Positions 29,832 to 39,354 are shown, counted from the first letter of the stretch. The stretch is DNA of 64,000 nt from Candidatus Magasanikbacteria bacterium GW2011_GWA2_56_11 (GCA_001004885.1 LCRX01000009.1:1459-65458); one strand, 5' to 3'. The notes: generated by a model from the sequence alone, not told the origin. Made by a program: numbers and translations.

Positions 29832-31103
29832 ATGTGGGAAAAACTGGTCCGCATCTCTAAAATTAAAGCGTTGCGAAACAACGTGCTGTTTGTGGTGGCA
29901 ATGCTCATTATTTTTCGCGTCGCGGCGCATATCCCGGTGCCGGGGGTGAATATCGAGAACCTGCGCCGTTTTTTGGAGGGCAACCAGGTGCTCGGACTTT
30001 TGAACTTGTTTTCGGGCGGAACCATGGAGAATTTCTCGATTGTGCTCATGGGTGTCGGTCCCTACATTACGGCGTCTATCATTCTGCAGCTTTTGACCAT
30101 GGTAGTGCCCAGTCTGGAGGAGCTGTCGAAAGAAGGGGAATCGGGGCAAAAGAAAATCAACCTGTACACGCGCCTGGCCACCGTGCCGCTGGCTTTTTTG
30201 CAGGCTTTTGGCATGATCAAGCTTTTGAGCCAGTCGCAGTACGCCATTATCGGCAGCCTGACGCCGTTTCGGTTTGTTTCCATCATACTTACCGTAACGG
30301 CCGGGACAGTATTCCTTATGTGGATAGGCGAACTCATTTCCGAACGCAAAATCGGCAACGGCATCTCGCTCCTCATCTTTGCCGGCATCATCTCGGCCCT
30401 GCCGACCGCGGTTCAGAACGCGATCGTGAACTATAACCCCTCTGACCTGACCACCTACCTGCTGTTTGTCGCGCTCGCGGTCATAACGATCGTCGGGGTA
30501 GTTATCATCAGCGAAGGCCAGCGGAATATTCCCATTAGCTACGCCAAACAAATTCGCGGCAGCCGGGCGTTCGGCGGCGCGAAAAGCTTTTTGCCCCTGC
30601 GCGTAAACATGGCCGGCGTGATACCGATAATTTTTGCCGTTTCCGTGGTGCTTTTTCCGCCCATGATCGCCCAGTTTTTTGTCCGCGGCGGCGGGGCCAT
30701 GGCCGGGGCGGCCCAGGGTGTCATCAACCTTTTCAATAATCAACTGTTCTACGGCCTTCTGTATTTCACTTTGGTTTTCGGTTTTACCTATTTCTACACG
30801 GCCGTTATTTTCCATCCGCAAAAAATGGCCGAGAATTTGCAGCGTCAGGGAGCGTTTATCCCGGGAATCCGGCCGGGCAAGCAAACCGAAGAGTATATCG
30901 GCAAAACCATGAACCGGTTGCTTTTTCCGGGCGCGCTGTTTTTGGGCGCTATCGCCATTTTGCCGATCGTGGTGCAGGCCTTTACCAAGTCGCAAACGCT
31001 CGTGATCGGCGGCACCAGCCTGCTGATTGTCGTCTCGGTGGCGATCGAAACGGCCAAGCAGATCGAGGCGCAGCTGACGATGTACGAGTACGACAAAATT
31101 TAG
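29832..31103 (+). CDS. secY: preprotein translocase subunit SecY
   Basis: 10 TM segments; SecY sequence. Confidence 0.97.
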   Translation: MWEKLVRISKIKALRNNVLFVVAMLIIFRVAAHIPVPGVNIENLRRFLEGNQVLGLLNLFSGGTMENFSIVLMGVGPYITASIILQLLTMVVPSLEELSKEGESGQKKINLYTRLATVPLAFLQAFGMIKLLSQSQYAIIGSLTPFRFVSIILTVTAGTVFLMWIGELISERKIGNGISLLIFAGIISALPTAVQNAIVNYNPSDLTTYLLFVALAVITIVGVVIISEGQRNIPISYAKQIRGSRAFGGAKSFLPLRVNMAGVIPIIFAVSVVLFPPMIAQFFVRGGGAMAGAAQGVINLFNNQLFYGLLYFTLVFGFTYFYTAVIFHPQKMAENLQRQGAFIPGIRPGKQTEEYIGKTMNRLLFPGALFLGAIAILPIVVQAFTKSQTLVIGGTSLLIVVSVAIETAKQIEAQLTMYEYDKI

Positions 31104-31112
31104 GTTTAGACC

Positions 31113-31277
31113 AGAACCTACTCCCAAAAATAACTTCCGGCTCAATTTTGGCCTGTTTCGGCTGCAAATTGTCCGTCTTTCGTCGTCATAATACCATTAT
31201 GCCTCCTCAACCCGGACAATTTTCGCTCGAAACAGGCACAAAATTGCCTCGGAATTATTTTTGGGAGTAGGTTCTAG
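31113..31277 (-). mobile_element. family B MITE-like element copy B3 (inner core in the B2 orientation)
   Basis: Terminal inverted repeats AGAACCTACTCCCAAAAATAA / TTATTTTTGGGAGTAGGTTCT; 165 bp. Confidence 0.6.
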
Positions 31278-31286
31278 AAAAAAATA

Positions 31287-31320
31287 AAAATACCCCGGTT
31301 TGAGCCGGGGTATTTTTATT
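31287..31320. terminator. bidirectional rho-independent terminator (A-run, taccccgg / ccggggta stem, T-run)
   Basis: Serves secY on the plus strand and the small gene on the minus strand. Confidence 0.55.
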
Positions 31321-31398
31321 GTCTCCCTCCTCGGCTTCCCGGAGCGGTCGAGCCAGGAACAATCCGGGAATTGGTGGAGCCGGGGAGGCAGGATTGGC

Positions 31399-31695
31399 CT
31401 ACTTGATGACACGCAGGCGTGGCGGCAGACGCGTAATACCTCTTAATGTCGGATCGGTATGGCCACCGGTCTGGGTTTTTCCTGGCGACATCGCTTTGAG
31501 CCTGGCGGCTTCGAATGATCGGTTCACGCTCAGGAGCGAGGTGAGGATGGTGGCGATCAAGAGCGAAAGACCGATCGCGAAGTTCACCTCCGCTTCGAAC
31601 TCCAACCGTCTGCCTACAGCCAGAAACGCCGCGAGCGTGGTAGACCATACTATGGGTAGGGACCAGCGTAACAAGATTTTTTTTCTTTCGGACAA
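31399..31695 (-). CDS. small hypothetical membrane protein (two predicted TM helices), TTG start
   Basis: AAAGGAG Shine-Dalgarno 8 nt before the TTG; hydrophobic helices; the plus-strand ORF opposite looks like junk. Confidence 0.35.
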   Translation of the reverse strand: MSERKKILLRWSLPIVWSTTLAAFLAVGRRLEFEAEVNFAIGLSLLIATILTSLLSVNRSFEAARLKAMSPGKTQTGGHTDPTLRGITRLPPRLRVIK

Positions 31696-31758
31696 GGCTT
31701 TACTCCTTTCGAGGGGTCGCCTCTACCCTAGGGGAATTTTAGGATTTTTCTTTTTTGG

Positions 31759-31788
31759 TTGTCAACGCTGTGGACTAGTGATATACTT
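31759..31788 (+). promoter_or_regulatory. sigma70-like promoter TTGTCA-N18-TATACT
   Basis: Hexamers read directly. Confidence 0.35.
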
Positions 31789-31811
31789 ACCCGGTAAGTT
31801 TAAGCTAACTT

Positions 31812-32105
31812 ATGGGCATTTTTAGCAATTTTTTTGGTTCGAGCTCGAGCCGTTATCCGACCCGCGAGTTCCCTTTGCCGGAGGTAAAGTTGCGCCAGCT
31901 GGTGTCCGGCACCCTGATAGGAACTCTGGAATCGTCCGAGGAAAAGGCGGTGGAAGAAGCTATTCTGGCCCGGCGTTTCGGCGACGGCAAAATTTCTTTG
32001 CGGCAAATTGATGAGGTACTCCGGAGATTGCAAGATCAAAACAGGATAAGCCCGAATGACCGGCGGTCGCTCATGCGCGTGTTTGAAAAGTATTGCCAGG
32101 CATAG
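31812..32105 (+). CDS. hypothetical 97-aa protein
   Basis: ORF downstream of the promoter-like element. Confidence 0.4.
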   Translation: MGIFSNFFGSSSSRYPTREFPLPEVKLRQLVSGTLIGTLESSEEKAVEEAILARRFGDGKISLRQIDEVLRRLQDQNRISPNDRRSLMRVFEKYCQA

Positions 32106-32162
32106 CCGCTGGGACGACTCTTGGTAGCCCCCTTGGTTTTTGAATCATCAGATTGTGGGTTT

Positions 32163-32825
32163 ATGAAAAAGATTATCATGCTCATGGGCGTCCCCGGCAG
32201 CGGCAAGGGAACACAGGCGAAGCGGCTCGCGGCGCGCTACGGGTACGCGCATATCTCGACCGGCGATTTGCTGCGCGCGCTTGACCTCGACCCGAAGGCC
32301 GATCCGGAGGATAAGCGCCAGCTCGCCGAGATGAAAGCCGGCCGGCTGGTGCCGGCGGGCCTTATTTACAAGCTGGCCTTTCGTGAGATCGAAAAGAATC
32401 TCGCGACCGGGCAGGGCGTGGTGCTCGACGGCGCTGTGCGCACCGTGGAGCAGGCCAGGGAATACCAGAATTTTTTCCGGGAAAAGCGAGTCGAGTCCGA
32501 GCTCGTAGTCATAGAAATCGCGCTTGACGATGAAACGACGTTCCAGCGGCTCACCAAGCGCAAAGTATGCGCCGAGTGCGGCAATATCATCCCGTATTCT
32601 GCGGATAACGAACGGAAAACTGTCTGCGACCGGTGCGGCGGCGCCCTCATGGTGCGCGCCGACGACAATCCGGAGGCGATCCGGCGCCGGATCGCGGAGC
32701 AGGGCAATGCGGCCTTGCAACCGATCTTGGACTACTATCGCGAGCTCGGTGTGAGTCGGCGGGTGGCGGGAGAGAAGGAGATAGACGAGGTGGCGCTGGA
32801 GATTGAAGAAAAACTGGCGGAATAA
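32163..32825 (+). CDS. adk: adenylate kinase with a zinc-finger lid
   Basis: GVPGSGKGTQA P-loop; CAECG...CDRCGG lid. Confidence 0.95.
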   Translation: MKKIIMLMGVPGSGKGTQAKRLAARYGYAHISTGDLLRALDLDPKADPEDKRQLAEMKAGRLVPAGLIYKLAFREIEKNLATGQGVVLDGAVRTVEQAREYQNFFREKRVESELVVIEIALDDETTFQRLTKRKVCAECGNIIPYSADNERKTVCDRCGGALMVRADDNPEAIRRRIAEQGNAALQPILDYYRELGVSRRVAGEKEIDEVALEIEEKLAE

Positions 32826-32840
32826 ACAGTATTGTTTCAG

Positions 32841-32870
32841 AAAAAGAGGCCGTTACCGGGTCTCTTTTTT
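32841..32870. terminator. bidirectional terminator between adk and the convergent regulator gene
   Basis: aaaaagaggccgttaccgggtctctttttt. Confidence 0.45.
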
Positions 32871-33656
32871 CATTTCCGGATGTTTCCGTACGAATACATC
32901 TAGCGGCTCGGCGCTTTGCCAGGCGAGGGAGAAAAGGGTCCGCAACGTATCGGCCAAAACTTGGCTTTGGATGAGGGTGGTGAAGAGCTTGCCCGCGAAT
33001 GATACCATCATGATTTTATCTTCGAAGATGGCGTTATCGGTGCCAACGAACTGCTGCGAGAATTCCGGCGGCACGACGCGAACCTCGTGACGCGGATTGA
33101 CGGCGAGTATTTTTTGGCCGTAGGCGATATCCACCGGATCGGGATTTACAAATTCTTTGGCCTGGCGCTGATAGTTGGTCTCTCCGGTGGCATCGGCAAT
33201 CCACAGGTCGAGCAGGTCCGGGAGCGCCTCATAGATTTTTCGTATAGAGGAGAAAAACAGAATTTCGGTTTTGCTCTTCCAGACGGTTTCGAGGTACACC
33301 TGCTTCATTCCCTCTATCCCCTCGTACACCCGCACTTGCGGCTTGCCCTTTTCGACATTGTACATAGCCCTAAGAAAGGGGAGCGCCTGTTTTACCGAAT
33401 GCTGCCGCTCCTGCACGACGCGGGCGAGCTTGTCCGGATCTTCGGCTATGTAAGTGGAGCCGCGCTCGGTCGGCTTTTCCGACAGCAACCCGCGGCGGAT
33501 TAGGTCTTCGATAATGACGTAAGCGGTCGGGCGTTTGATTCCGGCTTTTTGGGCGATATTTTGCACTGAGTCGGTTCCGAGCTCGAGCGCGGCCAGGTAG
33601 ATTTTCGCTTCTTTTTCGGAGAGGCCGAAATCGAGCAGGCTTTTTTCGAGAAACAT
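32853..33656 (-). CDS. TrmB-family helix-turn-helix transcriptional regulator
   Basis: N-terminal wHTH LSEKEAKIYLAALELGTDSVQNIAQKAGIKRPTAYVIIEDLIRRGLL. Confidence 0.65.
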   Translation of the reverse strand: MFLEKSLLDFGLSEKEAKIYLAALELGTDSVQNIAQKAGIKRPTAYVIIEDLIRRGLLSEKPTERGSTYIAEDPDKLARVVQERQHSVKQALPFLRAMYNVEKGKPQVRVYEGIEGMKQVYLETVWKSKTEILFFSSIRKIYEALPDLLDLWIADATGETNYQRQAKEFVNPDPVDIAYGQKILAVNPRHEVRVVPPEFSQQFVGTDNAIFEDKIMMVSFAGKLFTTLIQSQVLADTLRTLFSLAWQSAEPLDVFVRKHPEMKKETR

Positions 33657-33667
33657 AAGAGAATTTT

Positions 33668-33718
33668 AGAACCTACTCCCAAAATTGAGCCGGAAGTTAT
33701 TTTGGGAGTAGGTTCTAG
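33668..33718. mobile_element. family B element B4: 51-bp internally deleted derivative with TIRs only
   Basis: AGAACCTACTCCCAAAA...TTTTGGGAGTAGGTTCT with the centre missing. Confidence 0.55.
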
Positions 33719-33742
33719 CTAGAGCTAGTATACCTCTTTTTT

Positions 33743-33800
33743 ATTATGTTGTCAATAGTTTTGACAACATAATACTAATTTAGCTATATATAGCTAAATT
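33743..33800. promoter_or_regulatory. two adjacent perfect palindromes (13-bp arms ATTATGTTGTCAA/TTGACAACATAAT, and a 24-bp AATTTAGCTATATATAGCTAAATT); candidate operator site
   Basis: Perfect dyad symmetry in an AT-rich stretch 90-145 bp from the TrmB-like gene start; a TTGACA hexamer is embedded. Confidence 0.3.
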
Positions 33801-34012
33801 AGTTAGCTTTTTTTACATAAAATCATTGACAAAATGTGTTAAATCAAGTATAATCCGGCGTTAAACTTGATAATAAGTTCTTTCCAATTACCCCCCCGTA
33901 AGGAAAGACTCGTGCCAGAGCGCTCCACAGTTGCCTTGACACGAGTCTTTCCTATCTGGTCCGGGGACTCGGCGAGCAGGCGCTCGCAGTAGACGGACCG
34001 AGGCGACGGGGG

Positions 34013-34774
34013 TTGAGAATGAAGAGCGTGAACGACGTCCTCGGCAGCGTGCAGGAGTGTGGCGGTTCGGCGGTGCTCGTGCAGCGGCACGGGAGCTACA
34101 TGACCGGCCACGTCCGGGCCCGGTGCCCGGACGGGCACGTGCTCGCCGCGCGCAACTACGCGCGGCTCGAGCCCGACTGCATGTGGCCCCTGGCCTTCGA
34201 GGCGATCCAGGAGTGCCACGCGCAGGCGGCGATGCTGGCCGCGGCCGGCATGAAGGTCGAGGAGGTCATCGGTTCTCACCAGGGGCGGGGCCCGCACACC
34301 GGGCAGTGCCTCTCCGAGGGTTACGCCCGCGCGACCGGCGGCACCTGGCTCCCGTTCCGCTGCGACGCGGCTTTCGACTACCCGGTCTACGACTACGACC
34401 AGGCGCTCGCGGCGCTCCGCACGGTCGGCGACCCGATGGTCGCCGAGTGGCTGAACGGCAAGCGGCCGGGGCTCATCGTGGGCGAGACGCCGGCGAGCTT
34501 CGAGCGCCGGATCATGTCGGCCCTCGAGGGTCTCATGGCCGAGTCGGGCAGCCGGATCGTCACCTCTCACTTCGAGATCGTGACGCTCGTCCGGGCGCTC
34601 ACGGTCGCGGGCGAGCGGCTCGGCTCCGTGGACGAGGGCTGGTTCCCGGTGAAAAACGGCGGCGTCATCCTCTGGCGCGAGTCGGCCACCAGCCAGAGCT
34701 GGCACGCGGCCGAGTACGGGCCGGACTACACCCTCCGGGGCGTGGCGGTCTTCACGCTGCCGCCCGCTGTCTAG
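34013..34774 (+). CDS. hypothetical protein on the high-GC (about 70%) island
   Basis: 253 aa with balanced composition; the alternative Arg-rich frame at 34057 looks spurious. Confidence 0.5.
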   Translation: MRMKSVNDVLGSVQECGGSAVLVQRHGSYMTGHVRARCPDGHVLAARNYARLEPDCMWPLAFEAIQECHAQAAMLAAAGMKVEEVIGSHQGRGPHTGQCLSEGYARATGGTWLPFRCDAAFDYPVYDYDQALAALRTVGDPMVAEWLNGKRPGLIVGETPASFERRIMSALEGLMAESGSRIVTSHFEIVTLVRALTVAGERLGSVDEGWFPVKNGGVILWRESATSQSWHAAEYGPDYTLRGVAVFTLPPAV

Positions 34775-34787
34775 TTGTTCTTTTCTT

Positions 34788-34822
34788 GGCGCGCGCGTCT
34801 TGCACTCGAAGACGCGCGCGCC
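34788..34822 (+). terminator. perfect 14-bp GC hairpin (ggcgcgcgcgtctt / aagacgcgcgcgcc) without a T-run
   Basis: Read directly; resembles a high-GC-organism terminator. Confidence 0.35.
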
Positions 34823-34892
34823 ACCCACCACTCTAGAACTTAGTGATGGAAGGCGGTTGTACCGCAGTCGATTTCTAAATTTTAGACTGGTC

Positions 34893-35067
34893 ATTCTCAT
34901 TAGAACCCACCCGCCAAATAATGCCCAGGCAATTCCGCGCCTGTTTTCTCTCCTAAATTTTCCGCATTGAGGAAGATTGGCTGTTCTATAGCGACAAAAG
35001 CCGGACAATGTTAGGAACCGCAAGAGGCCAAAGTTGAGCCGGAAGTTATTTGGTGAACAGAGGTTGC
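34893..35067. mobile_element. family B element copy B5 (degenerate)
   Basis: AGAACCCACCCGCCAAATAA...ccggaagttatttggtgaacagaggttgc; recognisable core ccggacaat/gcctgttt. Confidence 0.4.
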
Positions 35068-35340
35068 ACACTGCCGCGCTAGGGCCGGCTCGCCCTGGCT
35101 TCGGGACCAGGAATATTCTTCGGGGACATCAGCTCGCTAACGGCTCGAAAATGTCCCCGGAGAATATTCCTGGTCCGGAAGCTGGATAGGATTAGGACGG
35201 GTATATGACCAGGACGGAGCGGAGACGCGTCAACCCGCCGGGAAACCGGACAGTTTAGGAGCCGGGAGAGGGTGAGGTTTAGTCGGGATTTTTCTCGCGC
35301 TCGTTCGGATGGTTTGTCTGCTATTGATACAAATACTGCT

Positions 35341-36768
35341 ATGTCCTTAATTATCAAAGGCACCGGCGCCAGCCGCGGGCGGGCGCGCGGGCCGGTGAAA
35401 ATCATTACCGGAATCGCTGACGCCGGCAAATTTCAGGACGGCGATATTCTGGTAACCCGGATTACCAGTCCGGCCATGGTGGCGATGATGGCCCGGGCGG
35501 CGGCGATTGTCTGCGATGTCGGGAGCGTCACCTCGCACCCGTCTGTCGTCAGCCGCGAACTGGGCATTCCCTGCGTGGTTAACACGCGGGAGGCGACGGC
35601 CCGGCTACAGGATGGTTTAGTGGTTGAAGTGGACGGGAGCGAGGGGGAAGTCAGAGTGATTTCCAGGGAACCGGAGGGCGCAAAAAATCCGGCGGTATCT
35701 GCCTTAAATCTCGACAGCGAAATTGATACCTGGCTCGACATCGCGGTCGAGGCCGTGTCGGCTATGGATTTTTCCACCTTCGAGGACGTCGTCGCCTGGT
35801 ATCGCTACGATCCGCTCGCGGCTCGGCCGTGGCTCGAACACGTGCGCCGGATTGTCCGGCAATGCCGGGTGGAGAGGCTGACGGCCATGGAAGCGGCGCG
35901 TTTGTTGCCCAATCCGAGCGAGATCCGCGGCACCATGATCTTTGATTTGTACGCGACCAAGTATGCCGGCCTGTCCAAGGCGGAACGCCTGGAAATTTTT
36001 GACTTTTACCGTCGGATGCTGAGAGCGCTGTGCCTTGATGACCCCTACGCCCGGGAAAAAAATGTCATCCACTCGAAAGAAAAAATCCGGGAACTCGCCG
36101 CCGCGGCCGATCCGGCCACGCCGCCCATCGCCCGCGCGCTCGGCCGACTGGTGAGCGCCGGCTATCACGTGGGACACGCGCTTTACAGCGACATGCACCC
36201 GAGCATCGTCTACGATAACTACGCTCCGTATGATGTCTCCGACCTCTACGGGCCAAGGTCTGTGGCCGTGATCAAGGAATTTAACAACCTGAACTGTCCC
36301 GAAATTTGGCCGGAGTTGAAGCCGGTACCGGCCGACAGCGTGCGCATAGTATGCGTTTACGAAAACGTCTTGGCCCGCGTGGACACGGTTTCGCATATCG
36401 TCTACGACGGCGACACGGTGAACGGCCTTAAATACGCCGCGGTCTATGTGGACGGGCAAAAGCGCGATCCGCTCTCCCTTTCCGGACTTTCCGCCGGGCT
36501 GGAACAGGCGGCCATTGACGCCTTTACCCGCTGGCAAGGATTTGATCTCGAAGAACGCAAGCGCCGGTATTATCTGGCCAAGGCCTATGATTTCAAAAAT
36601 CTGGCCGGGAAACTGGGACTCGACTGGAAGCCGGGAGAAGAACTCTCTGCGGCCGTTCGCGGGAAACCTTTGTGTCGGGTGGAGTGGCCGGTCGAGAAAG
36701 CGGCCGTTAAATATCGGCTGCGGTCCATTCTTGACCCCCGCATCGAGCCGGCGGCCGGACTCCTTTAG
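35341..36768 (+). CDS. protein with an N-terminal PEP-utilising-enzyme mobile (phosphohistidine swivel) domain fused to an unrecognised domain of about 370 aa
   Basis: GASRGRARGPV...GDILVTRITSPAMVA...GSVTSHPSVVSRELGIPCVVN matches the PEP-utiliser signature around the catalytic His. Confidence 0.7.
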   Translation: MSLIIKGTGASRGRARGPVKIITGIADAGKFQDGDILVTRITSPAMVAMMARAAAIVCDVGSVTSHPSVVSRELGIPCVVNTREATARLQDGLVVEVDGSEGEVRVISREPEGAKNPAVSALNLDSEIDTWLDIAVEAVSAMDFSTFEDVVAWYRYDPLAARPWLEHVRRIVRQCRVERLTAMEAARLLPNPSEIRGTMIFDLYATKYAGLSKAERLEIFDFYRRMLRALCLDDPYAREKNVIHSKEKIRELAAAADPATPPIARALGRLVSAGYHVGHALYSDMHPSIVYDNYAPYDVSDLYGPRSVAVIKEFNNLNCPEIWPELKPVPADSVRIVCVYENVLARVDTVSHIVYDGDTVNGLKYAAVYVDGQKRDPLSLSGLSAGLEQAAIDAFTRWQGFDLEERKRRYYLAKAYDFKNLAGKLGLDWKPGEELSAAVRGKPLCRVEWPVEKAAVKYRLRSILDPRIEPAAGLL

Positions 36769-36851
36769 CGTGCCGGTTTTGCCGTCTGTTGGCTTGTTTT
36801 TTCGCGGCCGTGTGCTAGACTACCCTCTAGTTTCGAATCGGCGCGCGGGCT

Positions 36852-37679
36852 ATGTACGTCAAAAAACCCCATGAAATCGAACTTATCATCGAGGGCGGGC
36901 GCCTGATGGGCGATGTTCTCGATCGACTTTCCGGGATGATCAAACCCGGCGTGTCGGCGTGGGAAATTGATCAAGCGGCCGAGGCCATGATCCGGGCGGC
37001 GGGCGGCGCGCCGGCGTTCAAAGGCTACCGCGGTCGGAAGAGCGACCCGCCGTTCCCTTCCACATTGTGTTTTTCTGTCAACGAAGAACTGGTGCATGGG
37101 ATAGCGACGAAAGAAAAAATAGTCAAAGACGGGGACCTAGTGAGCCTGGATATCGGCATGGAATATCCGGCGGGCCAAAACTCCAAGGCAAAAAATCAAA
37201 AATCCGGACGCGGGTATTTTACTGATACGGCGCTGACTGTGGCGGTGGGCAAAGTCCCGGAAAAGATCCAAAAACTGTTGCGGGTTACCGAGCAGGCGCT
37301 CGAGGCGGGAATAGAGGCGTCCCGGCCGGGCCGGACAGTGGCCGATATCGGCCGGGCGATTGAACAGTATGTCTACCAGCAGGGACGCTACGGCATCGTG
37401 CGCGATCTGGTCGGACACGGCGTCGGGCACGCGGTCCACGAAGAGCCCAGGGTACCCAATTACTACGACGAAGATCTGGAAACCTGGATTTTGCGACCGG
37501 GTGTCGTGATCGCCATCGAACCCATGATTAGCCTGGGCTCTTACCAGGTAAAGGTGGCGCGCGACGGCTGGACAATTTCGACCGCGGATCAGAGTCTCAA
37601 CGCGCATTTTGAACATACCATTGTCATTACCGAAGACGGTCCGCTGGTCGCGACGCGGCGGCCGTCCGAACGGCCGTAA
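36852..37679 (+). CDS. map: methionine aminopeptidase type I with an internal insertion
   Basis: FSVNEELVHGI...DIGMEY...LVGHGVGHAVHEEP...IAIEPM...HFEHTIVIT. Confidence 0.9.
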   Translation: MYVKKPHEIELIIEGGRLMGDVLDRLSGMIKPGVSAWEIDQAAEAMIRAAGGAPAFKGYRGRKSDPPFPSTLCFSVNEELVHGIATKEKIVKDGDLVSLDIGMEYPAGQNSKAKNQKSGRGYFTDTALTVAVGKVPEKIQKLLRVTEQALEAGIEASRPGRTVADIGRAIEQYVYQQGRYGIVRDLVGHGVGHAVHEEPRVPNYYDEDLETWILRPGVVIAIEPMISLGSYQVKVARDGWTISTADQSLNAHFEHTIVITEDGPLVATRRPSERP

Positions 37680-37746
37680 ACATTTTTAGCGGACGGTTTT
37701 TCCGCGTCGGACTGCCGGCGCGGAAGTTCATTATTACTTTTTCCAT

Positions 37747-39354
37747 ATGCCGACTCGTGTATTTTTTTTAGCGGTTTTTTTGGCCGCGTCCGCGGCGTTT
37801 TTTCCGCTAAGCGTCCGGGGCGAGGATACGGCCGGCGGCCAATCCGGCGCGGCGAGCTGCTTGTCCGAGGCGCAGTATTGGTACAATGCCGCCGTCGGCG
37901 GCTGCTTGACGAAAGTCGCCGCTGATATTGGCAACGCCTACGCGAGCACGTCGATCGGCGAATACACCACCCCAGAACAGGCGGCCCTGGTGGCCGAAGA
38001 ACTGCAACAGCAGCACAGGCAGCTGTTTGCCGACATTCAAGAACGCCAGGCAGCTTGCTATTCCGGAGATATTGCCGAGACTTACCAAAAGAAAACTGCC
38101 GAATGCTACGCCAAAAATACCTTTGGGCCGGTATGGGACCGGATACCAGTTCTAAAAGGCGCGCTCGTGAACACTTTTCAGGATTACGATAAGTTGTCCC
38201 CGGCCCAAGCCCAGGAGCTGGGGATTTGCATCGAGCAGTGGTCGCAAATTTATGATGTTAAGCTGGTTTCCGGCGAGTCGGAGCGCGCTTTGAGCCGGTG
38301 TTTTACGGCTGCCGGCCTATCCGGCCTGGCCGGGGTTTATGAAAAGGCAGCCATTGTTATCGACTGCGCCCAGGAACAGTCGCCGTTCAAAAGCCCGGAC
38401 GACGTCGCCCGGCTGTTTCAGGCGCAAACACCGGCGGAGGCCGCGTATATTGAACAGTGTGTTATCAAGCGCACCGCACCGGTCGTGGCCGGTATCGCTG
38501 TTTTGAATCTGCCTTGGGCCGCCGGCTGGCATAATGTATTTCTACTCGGCCAGCTGATAGTTACCCAGCCGTTCTTTCTTATCCGGCGGCGCAAGTACAA
38601 GACCTGGGGCAAGGTATTCGACGCGGTTACTACCAGTCCGGTGGACCTGGGCAGCGTCAGGCTGGTCAACGACGAAACCAAGAAAGTCGTCTCGACCCTG
38701 GTTACCGGGCGGGACGGCGCTTACTTCTTTTTGCCTCCGCCCGGCACTTACCGGGTGGAGGTGGACAAGCCCGGCTACCGGTTTCCGTCGGCGCTGCTTT
38801 CCCGGCAGGCCAAGGAGGCTGGCCAGTATTTTGGCGAGCCGATCCCGATTGCGCGCCGGGAGGACGTGATTGACCGGCATATTCCGGTGGATCCGCACGT
38901 GGCGCGCGTATCGGCGGCGCATTTTATCTGGCGCAAGTGGAAGTACCGGGCGGCGCTCGCTGTCGGGCTCGCGGCGCCTTTGCTGTCGCTCTTTGCCCTG
39001 GCGTTTTCGCGGGCCTGGTGGGTGGTGACGCTTTTCTTTGTCCACCTGGTGTTGTTGGTTTTCTTTCTGCGCCTGTCCCGGCGGGACAGGGCGCGCAAGT
39101 TTGGCGTGGTTACCGGGCCGGGCCAGGGTCCTTTGGGGGGAGTAGTGGTCTCTCTGTTCCGGAAAGAGGACAATAAACTTTTGCACTATTGCGTTACGGA
39201 TATGTTTGGACGGTATTATTTTCCGCGCGTAGAGGGTAACTTTGCCCTCACCTTTAAGAAATCGGGGTACGCGGAAAAACAGATACCGCTGTCGGTAAAA
39301 GACAGCGACAGCCGGACGTCGCTCAAAGCGGACGTGAGTCTGGAGAAGGGATAG
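37747..39354 (+). CDS. secreted/membrane hypothetical protein with two carboxypeptidase-regulatory-like (prealbumin-fold) segments
   Basis: Signal peptide; VTGRDGAYFFLPPPGTYRVEVDKPGY and VTDMFGRYYFPRVEGNFALTFKKSGY. Confidence 0.65.
   Translation: MPTRVFFLAVFLAASAAFFPLSVRGEDTAGGQSGAASCLSEAQYWYNAAVGGCLTKVAADIGNAYASTSIGEYTTPEQAALVAEELQQQHRQLFADIQERQAACYSGDIAETYQKKTAECYAKNTFGPVWDRIPVLKGALVNTFQDYDKLSPAQAQELGICIEQWSQIYDVKLVSGESERALSRCFTAAGLSGLAGVYEKAAIVIDCAQEQSPFKSPDDVARLFQAQTPAEAAYIEQCVIKRTAPVVAGIAVLNLPWAAGWHNVFLLGQLIVTQPFFLIRRRKYKTWGKVFDAVTTSPVDLGSVRLVNDETKKVVSTLVTGRDGAYFFLPPPGTYRVEVDKPGYRFPSALLSRQAKEAGQYFGEPIPIARREDVIDRHIPVDPHVARVSAAHFIWRKWKYRAALAVGLAAPLLSLFALAFSRAWWVVTLFFVHLVLLVFFLRLSRRDRARKFGVVTGPGQGPLGGVVVSLFRKEDNKLLHYCVTDMFGRYYFPRVEGNFALTFKKSGYAEKQIPLSVKDSDSRTSLKADVSLEKG

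Noticed and set aside
34057-34836. Alternative Arg/Gly/Pro-rich 259-aa ORF on the high-GC island, and the 410-aa minus-strand ORF at 33839-35071
   Set aside because: Composition is typical of out-of-frame translation of about 70% GC DNA. The 34013 frame has balanced composition and a plausible start.
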